Below are positions 58,964 through 64,000 of a DNA stretch of 64,000 nt, in pieces. Position 1 is the first letter of the stretch. Each line of letters starts with the position of its first letter. The DNA comes from Pristiophorus japonicus (lineage: Eukaryota): the NCBI RefSeq assembly GCF_044704955.1, contig NC_091993.1, positions 67,022,001-67,086,000 on the forward strand, in the 5' to 3' direction. The notes below the pieces were generated by a model, which had not been told where the DNA came from, searched no databases, and saw only the letters and a list, made by a program, of their open reading frames with translations. Both the position numbers and the translations under genes were made by a program.

Positions 58964-61900
58964 TGTAACGTCTTGAATAAAGAGTCAGCCTAGATGCTGC
59001 AAGCTCAAAGTAAGGTGTGACCGTAGTCCTTTATTACAGATCTGAGTGCCTCTCCAGTCTGTGTGGCCTCCTTATATACAGGTGCTCCCAAGGGATTGTG
59101 GGCTCCCTTGGGACTCCAGGGGATAAGCCGTCTGGTGGTTAGGCATGGTATTTACTGGTTTACATACATAACACTCCCCCGCCTCCCCCCCACACACACA
59201 GTCAATAGTGTAACTATTTACAATGTGAGTCGATCTGGAGCCTTCTTTTCCCTGATTGATCGTCTTGGTACAAATGCTGATTTTGGTGAGTCATTTGTTG
59301 GGCTCTCGCTGGGCTGCTGCGCAGCTGACCTTGCTGGGCTGCTGGGGGTGGTCAGTCCTGCTGGGCTGCTGTGGGTGATGGGTCGGTTGCCACTTGTGTG
59401 TGTTAGAGGGTCGAAAAAGGTAGAGTCTATTGTGGGTTGTTCTGGATAGTACGTGAATCTGAGTTTGGTTTGGTCCAAGTGTTTCCTGCAGGTCAGACCA
59501 TTTGAGAGTTTGACCACAAACACCCTACTCCCCTCTTTTGGCCAAAAACAGTGCCAGGAAGCCACTTGAGACCCTGTCCATAGTTCAGCATGAATTCGGG
59601 ATCATTTATCTCAATTTCGCATGACACATTTGCGCGATCATATGTATTCTGTTGAAGCCGCCTGCTCGCTACCTGTTTGTGTAGATCAAGGTGGACTAGC
59701 GAGAGCCTTGTCTTAAGTGCCCTTTTCATGAGCAGTTCAGCAGGAGGGACCCCAGTGAGCGAGTGGGGTCTCGTGCGGTAAAGAAGCAGGACTCGGGATA
59801 AGCAAGTCTGCAGTGAGCCTTCAGTTATCCTTTTCAAGCTCTGCTTGATTGTTTGAACTGTTCGTTCTGCCTGACCATTGGACGCTGGTTTGAACGGGGC
59901 AGATGTGACATGTTTGATCCCATTGCGGATCATGAACTCCTTGAACTCAGCACTGGTAAAGCATGGTCCATTATCACTTACAAGGACATCAGGCAGGCCG
60001 TGCGTGGCAAACATTGGCCCGTAGGCTTTCAATGGTGGCAGCGGACATGCTTGCCGACATTATCACACATTCAATCCATTTGGAGTACGCATCTACAACT
60101 AAAAACATTTTTCCCAAGAATGGGCCTCATCATCATCATCATCATCATAGGCAGTCCCTCGGAATCGAGGAGGACTTGCTTCCATTCCCAAAGTGAGTTC
60201 TTTGATGGCTGAACAGTCTGATATGAGAGCCACAGACCCTGTTACAGCTGGGACAGACATTTGTCGAGGGAAGGGGTCGGTGGGGCTGGTTTGCCGCGCG
60301 CTCCTTCGGCTGCCTGCGCTTGGCCACTTCATGCTCTTTGCGTTGGGACTGGAAGAGTTCGATGCATTCCCGGCTGTACTTTCTCCATCTCGGGCGGTCT
60401 TTGGCCAGGGTCTCCCAGGTGTCAGTGGTGATGTCGCACTTTACCAGGGAGGCTTTGAGGGTATCCTTATAACGATTCCGCTGTCCTCCTTTGGCTCGTT
60501 TACCATGAAGGAGCTCCGCATAAAGCATTTGCTTAGGGAGTCTCGTATCTGGCATGCGAACTATGTGGCCTGCCCAGCGAAGCTGATCAAATGTGGTCAG
60601 TGCTTCAATACTGGGGATGTTAGCCTGGTCGAGGACACTGATATTGGTGCGCCTGTCCTCCCAGGGGATTTGCAGGATCTTGCGGAGACATCGTTGGTAA
60701 TATATCTCCAGCAACTTGAGGTGTATACATCATCCATGCCTCAGATCCATACAGGAGGGTGGGAATTACTACAGCGCTGTAGACCATGAGCTTGGTGGTC
60801 AATGGGCCTGCATAGTCGACATGGACCCTGGACCACGGTTTGGAGGGCCAGGACCAAAGACTTAATGGCGCCTCCCTGGGGGCATTGCTTAACTGTAAAC
60901 ATGTATTACATTTGTGCACCAGGACTCTAAGTCTGCATCGATCCCAAGCCACCACACGTGGGATCTGACTATAGCTTTCATCATTATGACGCCTGGGTGG
61001 GTGTTGTGGGGATCACTAATGAAAGTGTCTCTGCCCTTTTTTGGCACCACTACCCGATTTCCCCACAGGAGGCAGTCTGCCTGTATAGACATTTCATCTC
61101 TGCGCCGCTGGTACGGTTTTATTTCTTACTGCATCTCTAATGGGACACTCGAACAACTCCCGTGAAGCACACAGTTTTTTACTAAGGACAGTAAGTGGTC
61201 CTGGCTCGTCCAGGTTCTAATCTGTTGGGCGGTAACAGGTGATTGCTCACTCTCGAATACTTCCAATACCATAAATAAATCTGCAGGCTGTGCCATCTCC
61301 ACCCCTGTGGTGGGCAATGGCAGCCTACTGAAAGCATGGCACAGCTTTCTGTGCCTGGCCTGTGGCGGATGGCGTAGTTGTATGCAGACAACGTGAGTGC
61401 CCATCTCTGGATGCGGGCTGATACATTCGTATTTATCCCCTTGCTTTCAGAAAAGAGGGATATAAACGGCTTATGGTCAGTTTCCAATTCAAATTTGAGC
61501 CTGAATAGATATTGATGCATTTTCTTTATCCCGTAAACACATGCTAACGCTTCTTTTTCAATCATACTGTAGGCCCTCTCAGCCTTAGACAGACTTCTGG
61601 ATGCATAAGCAACCGGTTGCAATTTCCCAAATTCATTAGCTTGTTGCAATACACACCCGACCCCGTACGATGACGCATCACGTGCTAGTACCAAACGCTT
61701 ACATGGATCATACAACACAAGCAATTTGTTTGAACATAACAGCTTCTTAGCTTTCTCAAAGGCATTTTATTGGCTTTTACCCCATACCCATTCATCTCCT
61801 TTATGCAGTAAAGAGTGCAGGGGTTCTAACAATGTGCTAAGACCCGGTAAGAAGTTACCAAAATCGTTCAGGAGTCTTAGAAACAACCACAGCTCCGTCA

Positions 61901-64000
61901 CGTTCTGTGGTCTCGATGTGTTCTTGATTGCCTCCGTCTTCGAATCGGTGGGCCTGATGCCGTCCGCTGCGATTCTTCTCCCCAGGAACTTCACTTCAGG
62001 TGCCAGGAAAACGCACTTCGAGCGTTTTAGCCTGAGCTGCATATGATTAAGCCAACAAAGAATCTCCTCCAGGTTCTGCAGGTGCTCGACGGTGTCCCGG
62101 CCTGTAACCAAGATGTCGTCCTGGAAGACCATGGTGCGCGGGACCGACTTCAGCAAGCTTTCCATGTTCCTCTAAAATATCGCTGCAGCCATTCAAATAC
62201 CAAAAGGGCATCTGTTGTAAATGAAGAGACGTTTGTGTGTGTTGATGCAGGTGAGGCCCTTCGATGATTCCTCCAGCTCCTGCGTCATGTAGGCCAAGGT
62301 CAAGTCCAGCTTCGTGAACGTTTTCTCTCCTGCCAGCGTCACAAATAGGTCGTCTGCCTTTGCCTGCAGGGAGAAACGATTGATAGTTACTTTGTAATCA
62401 CCACAAATTCCGACAGTGCCATCTCCCTTGAGGACTGGAACAATTGGACTGTCCCACTCGTTGAATTTGATTGGCGAAATGATGCCCTCTCGTTGCAGCC
62501 TGTCCAGCTCAATCTCCACCCTCTCTCATATCATGTATGGTACCGCTCTCGCCTTGTGATGGATGGTCGCACCCCCTGAATCAAATGGATCTGCACTTTT
62601 GCTCCTTGAAACTTCCCGATGCCTGGTTCGAACAGCGAGGGGAACTTGTTTAGGACCTGGGCACATGAGGTGTCGTCGACAGACGAAAGCGCTTGGACGT
62701 CGTCCCAGTTCCAGCGTGTCTTTCCCAGCCAGCTCCTACCGAGCAGCGTGGGGCCAGCAACGGTACCACCCAGAGTGGTAACTCGTGCACCGCTCCATCG
62801 TAGGAGACCTTTACGGTACCGCTTCCGATTACGAGAATCAGTTCCTTTGTGTACGTTCTCAGTTTAGTACAAATGGGTGGAAAGTCTTTTTGCTCATTAT
62901 GGACAGGCTTGCACCCGTGTCCAGCTCCATGGTCACCAGGCGTCCATTTCATTCAACCTTCAGCATTATCGGGGGACACTTTGTGGCAAATGTATGCACC
63001 CCATATATACCTCTGCCTCTTCGGTCTGAGGCTCTGGTTCATCGTGATCCACTGTGGATCTGTCTTCCTCTGCAACATGGTGGTTTGCAGGATTAGCAGA
63101 GTTTGCAGCTTGCCTACACATGCGTTGGAGGTGTCCTATTGTTCCACAGCCCTTGCAAACATATCCTTTGAAGCGGCATGAATGGAAACGATGATCACCC
63201 CCACAGCGCCAACAAGGTGATAATGGCCATATTCACCACCCTTGATGGTGGACTCAGTCATCTGCAGATGTGCAGCTGCAGGCGTATAAGTCCTGCCCTG
63301 TACATTTCGATTCGAAAACAACGTTACTTTGTTCACAGTACTTGCAGCAGCACTAGTGTGCTGAGAGATTTATTTGGTATTGTCACTTGTGGCGATAAAC
63401 ACCTGGGCTATCGCTATAGCTTTACTCAAGGTTGGGGTCTCTACAGTCAAAAGTTTGTGAAGTATTACTTCATGGCCAATGCCAAGTACAAAGAAGTCCC
63501 CGAGCATGTGCTTCACATGTCCTTCAAATTCGCAATGTCCTGCAAGGCGCCTTAGCTCGGCGACATAGCTCGCCACTTCCTGGCCTTCAGACCTCTTGTA
63601 CGTGTAGAACCAATACCTCGCCATCAGAATGCCTTCCTTCGGGTTTAGATGGTCCTGGACCAGTGCGCACAACTCATTGTATGACTTGTCTGTGGGTTTC
63701 ACTGGAGCGAGCAGATTTTTCACGTTGGTGCCCCGCAGACGGTGAGGAGGATCGTCCTTCGTTTGGCAGTGTTCGCTTCTCCTTCCAGCTTATTGGCCAC
63801 GAAGTATTGGTCGAGTTGCTCCACGAAGGTTTCCCAATCATCTCCCTCCAAAAATTTCTCCAGGATGCCCATGGTTCTCTGCATTGTTGCGGTGAAGTTC
63901 GTAATTTGAATCTCATCGGCAGTTGTTATGTCTTGAATAAAGAGTCAGACTCGATGCTGTAAGCTCAAAGTAAGGTGTGACCGTAGTCCTTTATTACAGA
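58964..64000 (-). mobile_element. Degenerate Gypsy (Mag-like) LTR retrotransposon, copy 3; 5' LTR runs off the window
   Basis: 3' LTR 58964-59173, PPT 59174-59191, 5' LTR from 63924, degenerate PBS about 63912-63921. Gag/RT/RNase H/IN ORF pieces homologous to copies 1 and 2. Confidence 0.95.
60128..60800 (-). mobile_element. RTE LINE 3' fragment inserted in the integrase of Gypsy copy 3
   Basis: (CAT)7 tail; 9-bp TSD AATGGGCCT (60119-60127/60801-60809); LRWAGHIVRMPDTRLPKQ. Confidence 0.93.

Noticed and set aside
60128-60148. Poly-His, poly-Asp or poly-Ile ORFs
   Set aside because: These are readings of the (CAT)n tail of the RTE insertion.
1-64000. Most short ORFs in the six-frame track as genes
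   Set aside because: They are antisense or off-frame readings of TE fragments, often from GTG/TTG starts. The DNA is eukaryotic, with no operon structure.
1-64000. CRISPR array, rRNA or tRNA genes
   Set aside because: No regularly spaced repeat-spacer array or rRNA-like sequence seen. tRNA-like motifs are limited to the SINE head and the LTR primer-binding sites.

Overview
Eukaryotic vertebrate DNA, most likely from a shark or other cartilaginous fish (inferred from the repeat families: CR1/HER1-type LINEs, SacSINE1/DeuSINE-like SINE, Penelope-type short repeats). The window appears to lie inside one minus-strand host gene that the ORF track does not show. Four small coiled-coil exons (43064-42994, 42725-42644, 40993-40931, 21088-21026) splice in frame and match the central region of synaptonemal complex protein 1 (SYCP1). 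One full intron is about 19.8 kb, and the introns running off either end exceed 20 kb unless I missed an exon. Almost all the rest is nested transposable elements: three Mag-like Gypsy LTR retrotransposons; at least eight PIF/Harbinger-derived elements plus a MITE, including two same-family pairs in inverted orientation around SYCP1 exons; many CR1 fragments, one with an 853-aa open ORF2 remnant; an L2/Crack-like LINE; two RTE LINEs; Tx1-like 3' ends; SINEs; and candidate solo LTRs. I found no prokaryotic features, RNA genes or CRISPR arrays, and no confirmed new biological system. The best leads are a possible inverted-TE-driven circRNA or skipping module in SYCP1, Tx1-like insertions inside Harbinger elements, and Myb-only Harbinger families. 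All family and gene assignments come from manual reading and recall, not from database searches.
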